From Octopus bimaculoides (lineage: Eukaryota): 46,697 bases of DNA. The stretch lies in contig NC_068984.1 of the NCBI RefSeq assembly GCF_001194135.2, positions 70,279,697-70,326,393 on the forward strand, read 5' to 3'. Shown here piece after piece: positions 11,488-23,664 of the stretch; position 1 is the stretch's first letter; each line of letters begins with the position of its first letter. The notes under the pieces are model-generated. The model had not been told where the DNA came from, made no database searches, and was given only the letters and a program-made list of their open reading frames with translations. A program made the translations under genes and the position numbers.

Positions 11488-11560
11488 GGTCAATTTGCTC
11501 CACATAACTCTTTCAAATGGTACACCAGCATGGCCACAGTTCACTGACTGATATAAAGAT
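11488..11560 (+). mobile_element. Family A SINE tail
   Basis: GGTCAATTTG...CCAGCATGGCCACAGT...TGACTGA matches 4376-4440. Confidence 0.7.
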
Positions 11561-14500
11561 ATGTTTGACTGAAAATGTTATAGTGATAAGGATGATACTG
11601 AAAGGTTTTACATTTTCTCAAGAACTGTATGCATTATGCATTCACTAGGAATCTTTCCCTCTTTTCTTTCTAAAAACTTAGGGTTGCATGTGTGTATACA
11701 TATACATACACATACAGACACATATATACATTATGTGGACAGCTTATCCCCATGATTCTGTGCACACAGACTTAGCTAACAGCTGATATTCTTTTATTTA
11801 GTTACTTAAGTTAGTATAATATATATTGACCTCTTTATCTAATTACTTAGACCTTCATTATTAAAAAGGTTTTTTAAAATAATTTTTCTTATCTGGCTTG
11901 TAGGAACTAGTTTATACTGCAATCCAACCCCCAAATCCAATTGAGATTCATACCCCTAATTTATGGTTTACATACTTTGTATGGAAGTATATTGTTAAGC
12001 CTTCCAAGTTTTTGGAGTAACTGCAGCAGTAAGTCCGTGTTAATAGATTTTCATAGTTAATTACCTTTCAAATTGATTTAGCTAATTTCTGTTATAATTT
12101 TATGGCTTATATCTTCTTTATGTAAGCTTCTTAGATCATTATACATGCCATTTAGTACTCTCATCTCATTCAGTCATTCATTCATTCACACAACATCTCT
12201 AAATCAGTTGTATGTTGTCTACAACTGGCAACATCCTTAGTATTCAAATCATTTTTCTAATCAACTCTTTAGCACTCAGACTGTTCCATCAAGTTCATAT
12301 TGTACAGCTGATGCAAAGTAATTAACATATTTTAACATGGCTTCCAATGAACCAATAAACAAAATAGCAATCAGATTTAGCAAAATTTTTACTTATTTTA
12401 AACTGTATTTATTGGCAAGTCCAAATAGTTAATGAGAGCTTATATGAAAACATTTGCAGCATACAAAATAGTTTTTCAAATTTTTCCCCAAGAAAAATGG
12501 AAACCATTTTTGATGAAGTGAGTTCTTGATGCATGCAGTTTTAATATAACATTTAATGGAACACTTAAATTAATTCCTGACATTTAGCTAAAATAGCAAG
12601 AATATGACATTCACCATTCAGTTACTATATATAGCTGTAATCAGTGCATACACACACACAAGCACATAATTTAACTTACAAACTATATGGGGGAAAATAC
12701 ACAGATGTTTGATTAATTTTATAATTTTGTGGTTGATGTATTTTGTATTTTCTCATTTAAATAGGAGAAAACAAGATAGAGAAAAAGAGAGAATGAGAGA
12801 GAGAAAAAAGAGAGAATGAAGAAAAGAGAGCTGAAATGGTATAAAAGCCCTTCACATTTCATTTCTATTTGCATGATGGCTTCTAATGCTCTTACTCCCA
12901 AAATGTTTTCCACTTAAATATAAAATCATTATAGAGCTTAAATTAATATTTAATTGGTTTTACAGAAAAGTATCACTTTTCTGTTTTACTACATATTGAA
13001 ACATAGAGGAATATTTGCCACAGTAATCGAAATAAATTTTGCAAATTTATAAAGATTAAGAAGCTCTTCACTAGTCTACAAATGGTCATGTTTCTACTTT
13101 TAAGTTTGCCTCATTACAGAACACAAATTTAATTTACAGTAAGATTGCTTCGTTTTAAGAGTATATAATATATGTCCATGATTTAGAAGTCTTAATGACC
13201 TAGAACGGCATAGCCACTAGCAATTAACAATGAGCTATAAAACTCAATAAAAACCAAAATTAACATTATTCCCTCTTTGATGTTGGCAACAGAATGTTGA
13301 CTGACCACATTACAATACAGGTGACATCGAGGTGCTTAAGATTCAGCTATAAATTATCATGAAGATAAGAGTGCTTTTTGAAAATTATTCCACATGATGA
13401 AACCAAGACTATCAAGAGTCCTAACTATAAATAAAGTGTCTTATGAAGTCATTCATGAGACAAAGAGAAATGGGCGAATAGGTCTCATTCATGGCAATAG
13501 TTGTTATCTCCATCATATTGTTAGCCAGTGGACTGTGTCTCTTCACTGTTAGACGAAAGGCATTATCATGCAATTGATTTCTTTTGTATAGAAACTATTA
13601 AAATAAGGTTTTACCATTGACAGTAAAGCAATAAACAAATGTTGTGAACATTAAGATTCTTGCTTTGGGATACCATATGAGCTCCTCACTTCATATACAT
13701 TCTAAATGGCTATTTTACAGCTGTCGGCAACATTCTCTCACAGCTTTACATTGATTTCTTTCAGCTAGGTATAAAGACAAGTTCTTTATGAGAAAAGGGT
13801 TTACTAGAGTGAAACATCCCCAGCATGTTACTGGTATATTATTTATAGACTCTGCAAAGATGAAATGCAAAGTCAGTTCTGGAAAGACATGAATATTGAA
13901 CATAAAGGATCAACACTAAATACTGTAAAGCAATTCAACTTAGAATATAATCAGACTGTATTTGACATGTACAAGAACCTTTAGGTAAACCTGAAGCAAA
14001 CAACAACAACAGCTGAGACATTCATAGTTTTGCCAAATATTTTTTGTAGGACGAGTGGAAATAAACTGGCTTCAATATAATTTTAATAATTATGTTGGCA
14101 CTTTTGTTATTTAACTCCAGGTCACTTTTAATTGGGTGGAACTATCATCAAAAACACTCCTGCTGTGATTACATTACTTTTGTTTAGATATTTGTAACTA
14201 CTGTATTTAATATTCTTTATTCTTTTCCCAAATTGTAGAGGTTACTGTGTGTGACAGTTAGCTATTATTTGTAGCAATTGTGTAGACAGGTTCTTATTCA
14301 CACGACTACAAATTTATTGAGTAAATCTAGTCATTACAATTTTCCTAAGCATATTACTGGTATTGCCATCAACTCTTCAAGGAAAAAATAAGAATGACTT
14401 CTCTGGAAGTAATTAAGTACTTCAGAGTATCCTGCTGTCATTGTATCTGCACAGTAACACCAACACTTATAGTTAAAATTATATAAATTATCAAATTTAG

Positions 14501-14941
14501 AGGCAAATTCATAACACATATTTTTCCCATAAAGGAAATTGGCTTAAATTAGGAAATTAAACTAGCTCAAGATTTGATTTCTTAACCAGGAGCTTTCTAC
14601 TCTAGAGCTCTGGTTATTACTTTTTTAAGTAATGCAGGATTCTTACTTACATAGGGACAGCACAAGTCTGTAATGGAGTTGATGATATGTAATTGATTAT
14701 AATTATTTTACTGATATATAATTTACTGATCCTGCAGGCAGAGAAGACATTTTTAGATTAAAATTAATTAAAACTATGCTACAGTGGTTTCAAATTTTAA
14801 AAAAATCAGCCTCGTTAAACAACTGTTTTACTTGATATGAAAAGCAAATATGAAAAAGGAAACAAACCAGCATTGATTATTTTGAAGTTGCTTGTTTTCA
14901 GTATGAAATCCAATTATATATATATGTTTCCATAAATGCTC

Positions 14942-15150
14942 TACAGTAATCCTTCACTATATTGTGGTTCACCAATCATGCATTCAGTTCATCGTGGATT
15001 TTTTTGGCTAATATATGTAAATTTATATTGTGGGCTACTCTGTACATCTGGGTTTCTACGGCCAATAAGTATTTAGATTTTTTAAAATTCTAATTATTTC
15101 TGTGGGATATTTTGGTATGTAATACCCATGATAGTTAAGGGATTACTGTA
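14942..15150. mobile_element. TA-flanked MITE with pogo/Tigger-like termini
   Basis: TA-CAGTAATCCTTCACTAT at left and ATAGTTAAGGGATTACTG-TA at right form an imperfect inverted repeat of about 18 bp. Confidence 0.75.
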
Positions 15151-15721
15151 ATAAGGTAGAACATATTATAGATTAAAATTTTTTAAACTTCAGTATATCA
15201 GCAACTAGATTAGAACTAAGAATTCTTTTTATTGGCAAAATAAAAGTAAAAAATGGAAGTTCACATGACATTGTGAGAGACCACTCAGTTTTCTAAGGGA
15301 GAGATGCAAAGGAATAGCAATTCATAGGCCATCATTAAATCAAAGACGTCTGAATACTTGTATAGAGTGGACATCAATAAAAGCATCCAGTGAAGCAAGT
15401 TGTGGTGCTGAACTGCAAAACCTTTCTTAACATTTGACTTTTTAGATAACTACAACAGCTACTATCAATAATGATAGTTTTAAAAATTGGTTGAAGACCA
15501 ATTTTTTTGTGGGTGCATGTGAATGTATGATGATAGCACAGTCAATTAAACAATTAAACTAAACCATTGATTACTGTGGAGTAAAAAAAGGGAAAATAAA
15601 GTTGACCATGACAAGATTTGAACACAATGTAGAGTGATATGTCTAAATATCTTAGTGCTTTATGTAGTTCTCTAGAAATCCTATCATCCATAATCCCACA
15701 TTTATAATTATTGTTATTATA

Positions 15722-16985
15722 GCATGAAAAATCTCAGCTTTATTTTGCTGGGCATACAAGAAAGTGTCAGGTGCCCACAGTCATCAGACTTAGGTGACAC
15801 TTATTTACTGAACAGGCTACAAAAACCATGTAAAGTACTCTTGCAGTTCCAAGTAATGATGATTTTTCTAGGTGTTTTACCTTTACACTCATTCCAATCT
15901 TTTTGAGCCAAGTTGGTTGTTGGGTACTGATACATCCAAGTGCATCAGTCACTATTGGTATTATGTCCACTTTCTTTGTTGCCCACAATCTGCATATTTC
16001 CCACTTCAATTCATCATAGTTGTTTACCTTTACTACTTCTTTCTCTTTGATCTTTTGGTTATCAGGATATGCCATATCAATTACCAGACGTATTTTATAT
16101 TTTCTGCTCACTACAATATCACAATATCACATTTTTAATGTTTAATCTGATAGTCACACTGAATCATTGCAACCCTTAGGATTTTGCAATCCTCATTCTC
16201 AGTAATTCGTTTTGGAATTTGGTCAATCCATATCTTTGATCCTTCTAAGCCAAAATTTCCACAAAGTTCTCAGTGGATCATTCTTGCTACAGTGTCATGT
16301 CATCTTTTGGATCGACATTATGCCAATTTCAGGCACTTGCTAACAACGTTCCACACTGTTTTTCCCTTCTCACCACACATTATGCATTTGTAGGAGTCAG
16401 TTGTTTTATCAATTCTGTACTTCACATAGTTTGTCCTCACTGCTTGTCCTTGAGCTATGCATGTAAGCGCTTCTATCTTTCTCTTCAAGTCACCCCTTCA
16501 CATTCCTAACCACTGGCCTTCTCTATCTGTCTTTGCACTCACATCTCTTGCAAAGTGACATTGCATTTTTTTCTTTCCCATGTCATTTCCTTTTTTGGGA
16601 TTTTTTTTTTCTTTCAGCTTCTCTTTGTACATTTCTCCTGCAATCCCCCCTGACAGTAACTTCCACATTAATGGAAGGCAAGAAATTGGCCTGTAATTGT
16701 CAGCAGCATTTCCTTTTGATACATCATTCAAGTTGTTCATCCTTGGGCCAGCCACTTCGGGATTTCTTCTTTTCCATCGATCAAGATATTAAATTGCTCT
16801 GCAATCAATTTATGGTCCGAATGAACATTTTTTAAATCCAAAATCCCTGTATACCATCAGGTCATGCTGCTTTCCAATTGCTCATTTTCTGGTTCACATT
16901 TCTCATACTGCTCTCGGTAAAGCGGATAGGCTCTTGTTGCAGATAAGAAGTTGTTGCTTCAGATTGCAGAGTCATTCAGTTCCAG
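15722..16985 (-). mobile_element. RLE-type (R4/Dong-like) non-LTR retrotransposon with the RT core deleted
   Basis: Reads NWKAA*PDGIQGFW, then [15 protein letters not shown] joined directly to post-RT sequence, zinc knuckle KCIMCGEKGKTVWNVVSKC, and an RLE region VIDMAYP...ELKWEICRLW...PIVTDALG...LLGTARVL. The 3' end has AATAAAGCT followed by degenerate TAA. Confidence 0.85.
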
Positions 16986-16989
16986 TATT

Positions 16990-17710
16990 ATATTGTTCTT
17001 TCTTTAACAGCCTACAAAAGTAACCACACCAATGTAGACATGACTGAATACATCAACCCTGCTCAGAAGGTCGCAGCCTAATACAGATAGACAACTATTA
17101 TAAAATAACAACAGTTGGACTAAGATGATATTTAGAAACAAAAAGTGGAAGACCGCTACATGTAATAAAACAACACAGAAAAGAAAACACTTTTCTGTAT
17201 ACACAATGGGGTAACAACATACAAAACAGAAACAAACAACACTGATGCACTAATCTCAGATGGCAACATAGCAGAAAATGGTCAAGGAGACAAAAAACAA
17301 CATGAAACCAGAACTACAAAAAATACTACAGAAGAAATGGATAGGAAAATCACTCCATAGCCAATACCCTACAAGGCTCGACAGAGAAGAAGTGAGCCTA
17401 AGTAAAAGCCAACAGTGATTCCAAAGCTCTGAACTAAAAGCAGAAATAGACGGACTGTTTCTCCCTGCACGAGACCAATGCCTGATCACAAAAAACTATA
17501 AAGGCAAAATAATGAAATAGGAGCTAACACCAAATGCAGAATGTGCAACCAGGACAGTGAGACAGTTGACTGCATCATCTCTGGCAAGTCCAGACTTGCC
17601 AAGTTTGAATATACATACAGACATGACCAAGTAAGTAGTTTATCTACTGGACTATATGCCAACACTACAACATAGAAACTTACAAGAAATGGTACAAACA
17701 TGTGCCAACC
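16990..17710 (+). mobile_element. RLE-type LINE post-RT and zinc-knuckle fragment, inverted relative to its neighbours
   Basis: Plus frames read SSELKAEIDGLFLPARDQCLITKNY, KCRMCNQDSETVDCIISG..YRHDQV and WTICQHYNIETYKKWYKHVP. Confidence 0.8.
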
Positions 17711-18214
17711 CTGTTCTATTCAGTTCGCATGAGAGTGGTATTAGTGCTATGCAGAAAATTAGTGGTGAAAGTGAGTCACCTTGGAAAACGCGACAGTTTA
17801 TGCTAATATTGTTTGAGCGCAATACTCCATTAGAATGATATAATTGGAGCTATGTGTTCCATAGTGACATATTACACTTTAAAAAATCTGAAATCACAGG
17901 AGAAATTTTGAAAATGTCCAGCGATTTCAGAATCCTCGAATGAGGTATGCTGTCAAAGGCTTTTTTATAATCAATCCATGAAGAGCTGAGATTTCTGCAC
18001 TTGTTATGGCAGTTCTCAAAGATCTTGCAATTAATTAGGAGCTGATCTTTGCATCTATATGAGCCTTGTCTGCATCCTTTTTGTTCAGTGGGAAAAAGGT
18101 TATTCTCTTCCATAAGCGTATATGTCTTCTCCACTAGAATAATTGTCAAAATCTTATAGGTAGTAGACAAACATGTTATAGGCCAATAGTTTTTTGGGTC
18201 TTTGGTTTCATTAC

Positions 18215-18217
<3 letters not shown>
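17711..18217 (-). mobile_element. RLE-type LINE RT N-terminal half
   Basis: Reads NYWPITCLSTTYKILT, EQKGCRQG, WIDYKKAFDSIPH and FQGDSLSPLIFCIALIPLS. Starts immediately next to (TAA)20. Confidence 0.88.

Positions 18218-18277
<60 letters not shown>
18218..18277. repeat. (TTA)20 between two LINE fragments
   Basis: 60 nt of pure TTA read directly. Confidence 0.95.
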
Positions 18278-18280
<3 letters not shown>

Positions 18281-19299
18281 TGAACTATCATATACTAATT
18301 TAATTAGTGAGGATACTATCTTGAGATTTGGTGACAAGTCTCCTCAAATCCCAAGTGTCTTAGGATTCTTGCAGAATATGGGATAGCATCTTTCTGTAGG
18401 TTGCCAATGTATATCTCAATTCCAATATTCTTTAGCCTTTTAGGTAGCAGCATGGGTGTTGTGCCAAGTGCATCAAACACCAATTATCACAAAAAAAATT
18501 CTCACATTTATCATCCACAATCTCTTCATCTCTTCTGCTAGGTTTTGATATTTCTCAATTTTCTTATATTCTTTGATGCCCACTCACATATAGTATGGCA
18601 AAATCTATGATCTTACTTTTTTTTTTGTTCTCTATGATCATATCTGGTTTCTTTGCTTCAATAGCATGGTCAATCTTTATGGAGAATCCCATAAAATTCT
18701 GTAATTATTATTCACCATCACAGCTTCTGGCTTATGTTCATATCACATCACTTCTTTGTCACTTTCAATCCACACACTCGGTTAACATCACAATGCACTC
18801 TTTTATCGATACAGTTATGCTTGCACTTATAGTTTTTCTACTAGCTTACTGCATTCACTTATGAGAAGGTTAATATTTTTGCCTTTACTGCAAGCCCGGT
18901 ATTTTTCTCTCAGACTGAAATTCAGCTGTCTTTCTCTTTATCAAAATTCCTTAGAATGGCTTGTTCCTGAGCAGCTAGTTAGCAATTCAGTTTCTCATTT
19001 CAGGTTTCCATCTATCAACCACAACCAGCATTCTTTACTGCCAACATCCTTGTCTTTTTTTTTTTTTTGCAAGAATTAGCCATGTAATTACTCCTCATTT
19101 CAAATATTCACCCTGTTAATCTATCTTCTATTCTTGAAATGTCTTAGTTTCAATGACTTTTTGGATATTTCTGGCTGCCTTACTCTTTTTTCCCAATACA
19201 TAGCATGGTGTTGAAAACCCAGTATTGTAGAAAAGATTGTGTTTTTTGCATTTAACAAACCTCTGCTTCATTCCTTACTTGGTAGGTAGAGTCTGTCGA
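18278..19299 (-). mobile_element. Older RLE-type LINE 3' portion ending in (TAA)20
   Basis: Broken frames read WLWLIDGNLK*ETE, LISECSKL, YEHKPEAVMVNNNYRILWD, DHAIEAKKPDMII, EKYQNLAEEMKRLW and DALGTTP...LQKDAIPYSARILR. Confidence 0.8.
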
Positions 19300-19308
19300 T
19301 ATTACTTT

Positions 19309-19540
19309 CAGGGTGGCAAGCTGACAGAATCATTAGTATGCTGGGCGAAAGGCTTAGTGGTATTTCGTCTGCCATTATGTTATGAGGTCAAATTCTGCCA
19401 AGGTCAACTTTGCCTTTCATCCATTCAGGGTCGATTAAATAAGTACCAGTTATGCACTTGGATCGATGTAATCGAATTAATCTGTCTGTCTTTGTTTTTT
19501 CTCTCTATGTCTATCCCCCTGTGGGCAATAAAGAAATAGT
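19309..19540 (+). mobile_element. Family B tRNA-headed SINE with 9-bp TSD
   Basis: Matches 26716-26954. TATTACTTT at 19300-19308 and 19541-19549. Confidence 0.88.
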
Positions 19541-19549
19541 TATTACTTT

Positions 19550-19797
19550 TAAGGTATATACGTTGTGCATAGTGATCTGTTTAGATTGGGAAATCCCAGA
19601 GGATTTTGCTAGTCTCCGACTCTGCCACTCTCTGTGGTTTGTGCTCATACCATGTCTTGCCTCTCTCTAGCCCCCACATTTCACAGTCTCCAACGTAGCA
19701 CTTTTACTACCTGATCGTCTTGCCACAACCTGTAGTGCTTTTGGGCAAGTCTTGGGCATTCATTTGTGATATGTGCAATGGTTTCATCCAATCTATA
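19550..19797 (-). mobile_element. RLE-type LINE zinc-knuckle fragment
   Basis: Reads DETIAHITNECPRLAQKHY, then TWYEHKPQRVAESETSKILWDFPI*TDH. Confidence 0.8.
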
Positions 19798-20684
19798 GCC
19801 TTTCTTCACTTCACTGTAAAAAAGTCTCTTAGGGTGTCACGTGTCAGGCATTCAAACAAGGTGGCTTGCCCTCTTCACTTGTGCTCTTCTCAGCAGTGTT
19901 TAAATGCCTGGTAAATCAGTTCAAGAGGGGACCTCCGTATCTGGGACCTTGTCTTGCCAGGTAATCTAAAACAGCTTTTTCAGCAGTTCATGTGGAAATG
20001 GTTTAACTTTTCGGCATGACATTCATAAGCCATCCAAATCTTTCAGGTAAACAATAGCATAGGTAGTACAACTGCTTGGGACACTTTCTACCTGGTGGCC
20101 TGTGCAATGCCTCTCCTCTCCCATACTGATTCAATCGAATGTTGAGATTCTCCTGGTGAGGTGTGTATGGACCTTATAATCAATGTTCCCAGATCTGAAG
20201 AGTGTGCTGCCAGTGGTATGTGAATATATCAACGAACTTCAGGGTTTTCCCTCAACAGTGATAGTTGGTTCCACATATGGCTTCTGCAGGACAGGTTGGT
20301 GCATGACATCTGTCTTCTGATTATGAGGCCTAATTCATCAGTATGATGCATCAGTCTGAGGATGACATGCTCGCTCAAATAGTGAACAGTGGAGATTTTT
20401 CTGACACATTCCCAGTCACTAATGGAGTCAAGCAGGGCTGTCTATTTGTACCTAAGCTGTTAAGCATGATGTTCTCAACCATGCTGTCAGATTCCTTCTA
20501 CAGCGATGATAAACCAGAATCAAGATCAAATTCATGTCTGATGGCAGAATCCTCAAACTGTAGAGACTACAGGTCAAGACTAAGTTGGAAGAGAACACAG
20601 TGCACAATTTCCTGTTCACAGATGCTGCCACAGAGGCACAGCTGCAACAGATCACGAACTGATTTTCCACTACCTGCAAGAACT
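19798..20684 (-). mobile_element. RTE-clade LINE fragment with inverted 5' segment
   Basis: 19798-20336(-) reads VWERRGIAQATR*KV.QAVVLPMLL..LNHFHMNC..HLV*MPDT*HPKRLFYSE. 20332-20684(+) reads FISMMHQ..FPVTNGVKQGCLFVP..HNFLFTD..FSTTCKN. Confidence 0.85.
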
Positions 20685-21148
20685 AAGGTGGTGTACCGGC
20701 AGAATTGTTACTAAGGCAGTGAGCTGGCAGAAACATTAGCACGCTGGGTGAAATGCTTAGCAGTATTTCGTCTGCCGTTACATTCTGAGTTCAAATTCCG
20801 CTGAGGTCGACTTTGCTTTTCATCCTTTCTGAGTCGATAAATTAAGTACCAGTTGCACACTGGGGTTGATGTAATCGATTTAATCCCTTTGTCTGTCCTT
20901 ATTTGTCCCCTCTATGCTTAACCCCTTGTGGGCAATAAAGAAATAAGAATTGTTACTATGCTGGACAAAATGCTCAGTCGTACTTTTTCTTCTGATGTTA
21001 TGTTCTGAGTTCAAATGGTACTATGGTCGACTTTAATTTTTATCCTTTTGGAATTGATAAAATAAATACCAGTTGAGCCCTGGAGTTGATGTAATCAACT
21101 AACCACCACTCTAAAAATTTCTGGCTTTGTGCCAAAATTTGAAACCAC
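20685..21148 (+). mobile_element. Young family B SINE (20714-20945) nested in an older related SINE (20685-20713 plus 20959-21148)
   Basis: 13-bp TSD AGAATTGTTACTA at 20701-20713 and 20946-20958. The flanks rejoin into a diverged SINE head with a different 3' tail. Confidence 0.88.
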
Positions 21149-21262
21149 TACAATCACCCCACCCCCTACTACTACTACTACTACTACTACCCATTTCCTA
21201 CATATGCACAAGGTTTTTTATTTGTGAGAAGGGCTAAAGCCATATATAGCTATCAAATGCTT

Positions 21263-21365
21263 AGTTGGTACTTATTTTATTGACCTCAAGAAGGTGATAT
21301 TTTCCAACAGCATTTGAACTCAGAATATAAAGAATGCAATTAGATATTACCACTCTATCAATTCT
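21263..21365 (-). mobile_element. Degenerate family B SINE fragment
   Basis: TGGTACTTATTTTATTGACC...ATTTGAACTCAGAAT matches the reverse complement of family B. Confidence 0.6.
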
Positions 21366-21369
21366 GTCA

Positions 21370-21676
21370 TTCCTCCTCCTCCTCCTCTTCTTCTTCTCCT
21401 CTTCTCCTCCTCTTCTTCTCCTCTTCTCCTCCTCTTCTTCTCCTCTGCCTCTTCTTCTCCTCCGCCTCTTCTTCTTCTTCTCCTTTTCTTCTCCTCTTCT
21501 TCTTCTCCTTTTCTTCTCCTCTTCTTCTTCTTCTCCTTTTCTTCTCCTCCTCTTCTTCTCCTCCTCTTCTTTTCCTCCTCTTCTTCTCCTCCACCTCCTC
21601 TTCTTCTCCTCCTCTTCTTCTTCTTCTCCCCTCCTCCTCCTCCTCCTTTTCTCCTCCCCCTCCCCTCCCCCCTCCT
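21370..21676. repeat. About 305-nt polypyrimidine (CTT/CTC/CCT) tract
   Basis: I count only three purines in the tract. Confidence 0.95.
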
Positions 21677-22148
21677 GCAGAGGATGATAACAAAGGAAAA
21701 GACAAGGAGGATTTCTCAGATTAGCACACTGCTGCAAAATTTTTTGGTGTAGTGAATTTCAATTTTACACCATAAGATATCTGGTATTCACTTTCTTCAA
21801 TCCCCAGAAAGATGGAAAGTACAGCTGACCTCAGAGAGACATCATCTCTGAATACAGACATATCATAGTAAATTTGGTCATGCACTCTATTATCATTTTT
21901 CTACCACTTTCAATCATGAGGGACATTTTACTGTCAGATTTACCAAAATGGAGTAACATTTTTGCACCCTGTACAATCAATATACAACTTATCAACAGAC
22001 ACTTCAAAATATCTTTGCTGTAACTTCATTTCAGACGTCTGCTTTTACATGTTTTCTGTTCAATTATTCAATAAGCTAGGAAACCTATTCGGAGATGTGA
22101 AAGAAAACACATTTCAAATGTCTGGATAGAGGCTTAAAATAGTTTCTA

Positions 22149-22837
22149 CATTTACTCTCCCTAGCAGACAGGCTAAATATTTAAACTGTTTTCTGTATTC
22201 CTCTAGTAATTTTTCTGTTAATCTCATTGCTTATGTGTACATGTATGAAAAGTGTAATAGTTTGTAACCTTTGGAATAAAGTGTGACACATCTCAAAATC
22301 TTTATTTTATTTTTGTCATTTTTGTCTCTAACACATTTATATCCATGTTTCCATGTTCCATATTTACTCCCCTTAGTAGATTGAATAAATATTTAAATCA
22401 TTTCCTGTATTCCAATTGTAATTTCATTGTATATGTTGTATGTTTGTGTATCTGAGTGNNNNNNNNNNNNNNNNNNNNNNNNNNNNNNNNNNNNNNNNNN
22501 NNNNNNNNNNNNNNNNNNNNNNNNNNNNNNNNNNNNNNNNNNNNNNNNNNNNNNNNNNNNNNNNNNNNNNNNNNNNNNNNNNNNNNNNNNNNNNNNNNNN
22601 NNNNNNNNNNATATATATATATATATATATATACACCCACGCATACACTCACACAAATATATATATATTAAAATGTGTGTACAAATATGTGTATGTATAT
22701 GTTCATGTGTTATAATGTATGTACATATGTATGTAAAAATGAAAAGTCTGATAGTTTGTAACCTTTCGAATAATGCATGAAACATTTCAAAACTTTTTTT
22801 GCTTTGTGCATAAATGTTTTATATTCCTGTTTCCATG
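22149..22837 (+). repeat. Diverged local tandem duplication (about 212-bp unit), second copy expanded by microsatellite and gap
   Basis: ATTTACTC..TAG.AGA..TAAATATTTAAA..TGTATTCC at 22149 and 22361. TGAAAAGT.T.ATAGTTTGTAACCTTT.GAATAA...TGTTTCCATG at about 22245 and about 22740. Confidence 0.75.
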
Positions 22838-23339
22838 CCCATTGAAGCATAGGTGCATTTATAGGTCTTGTACAGTTGGGCATTTACATAGTTTTGGAAT
22901 AAGTACTTTTACAACTTTTTTTGTAATTTTTTCCTTGCTATTATGCATTCAATCAATTCAGAATGATATTTGAAATCCTGTACACGAATATTTGCAATGG
23001 TTTAAACAGGATTGTAATTGTGAAATAAATCTAAAAGCATTTATAAATATTCTTGCATATCTCTGTTGTCACATTTCCAATTCAGCTGTATCTCTACATA
23101 CAATTTTATATTAACAAATAATTTGTTGAATTATACATAAATTCAAAACACAGTTTGTTGTGAAATACATATATATATATGTATATATAAATAAAAATAA
23201 AACTAATACAATATATGAATATTAGGATGGCTTGCATGAATATTAGAAGCAAAAACAATTGCCAAAGCATAAAATGTGGTTTCTTTGAATTATGACAATT
23301 GATTCTGTATTGCCCATAGTTCACCAAGCTGTAGAAATA

Positions 23340-23448
23340 GTTGCTGCTGCGGTTGCCACAACTCCAGTTGCTGCTGCTACTGCTGTTATTGCTCCTGCTT
23401 CTGCTTCTGCTGCTGCTGCTGCTTCTGCTTCTTCTGCTGCTGCTTCTG

Positions 23449-23481
<33 letters not shown>

Positions 23482-23495
23482 TGCTGCTGCTGTAA
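23340..23495. repeat. Mixed CTG/CTT/CTA trinucleotide tract
   Basis: Read directly. It explains the poly-Ala, poly-Leu and poly-Ser ORFs. Confidence 0.9.
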
Positions 23496-23664
23496 CAATA
23501 ATAATAACCCTTTGTACTATAGGCACAAGGCCTGAAATTTTTGGGGAGGGGGCTAAGCATTTTGCCTACTAAGATTCTGCCAGCTTATAACAATAATAAT
23601 AAAAAAAACAACAACATCCTTTGCATTGTAGTCATCATCATCAATGCTGCTATTATTATTATCA

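Noticed and set aside
13491-13577. Short ORF MAIVVISIILLASGLCLFTVRRKALSCN resembling a transmembrane helix with basic stop-transfer residues
   Set aside because: Only 28 codons, no usable splice acceptor, and hydrophobic frames are common in T-rich DNA.
19690-19860. In-frame join of RTE (PKRLFYSEVKKG) to RLE zinc-knuckle (DETIAHITNEC) sequence, suggesting a chimeric protein
   Set aside because: Both sides contain stops, and frame preservation has a one-in-three chance. Insertion plus deletion explains it.
21261-21737. 158-aa Glu/Lys/Arg-rich ORF and overlapping ORFs
   Set aside because: They are translations of the CTT/CTC tract, with no splice or domain support.
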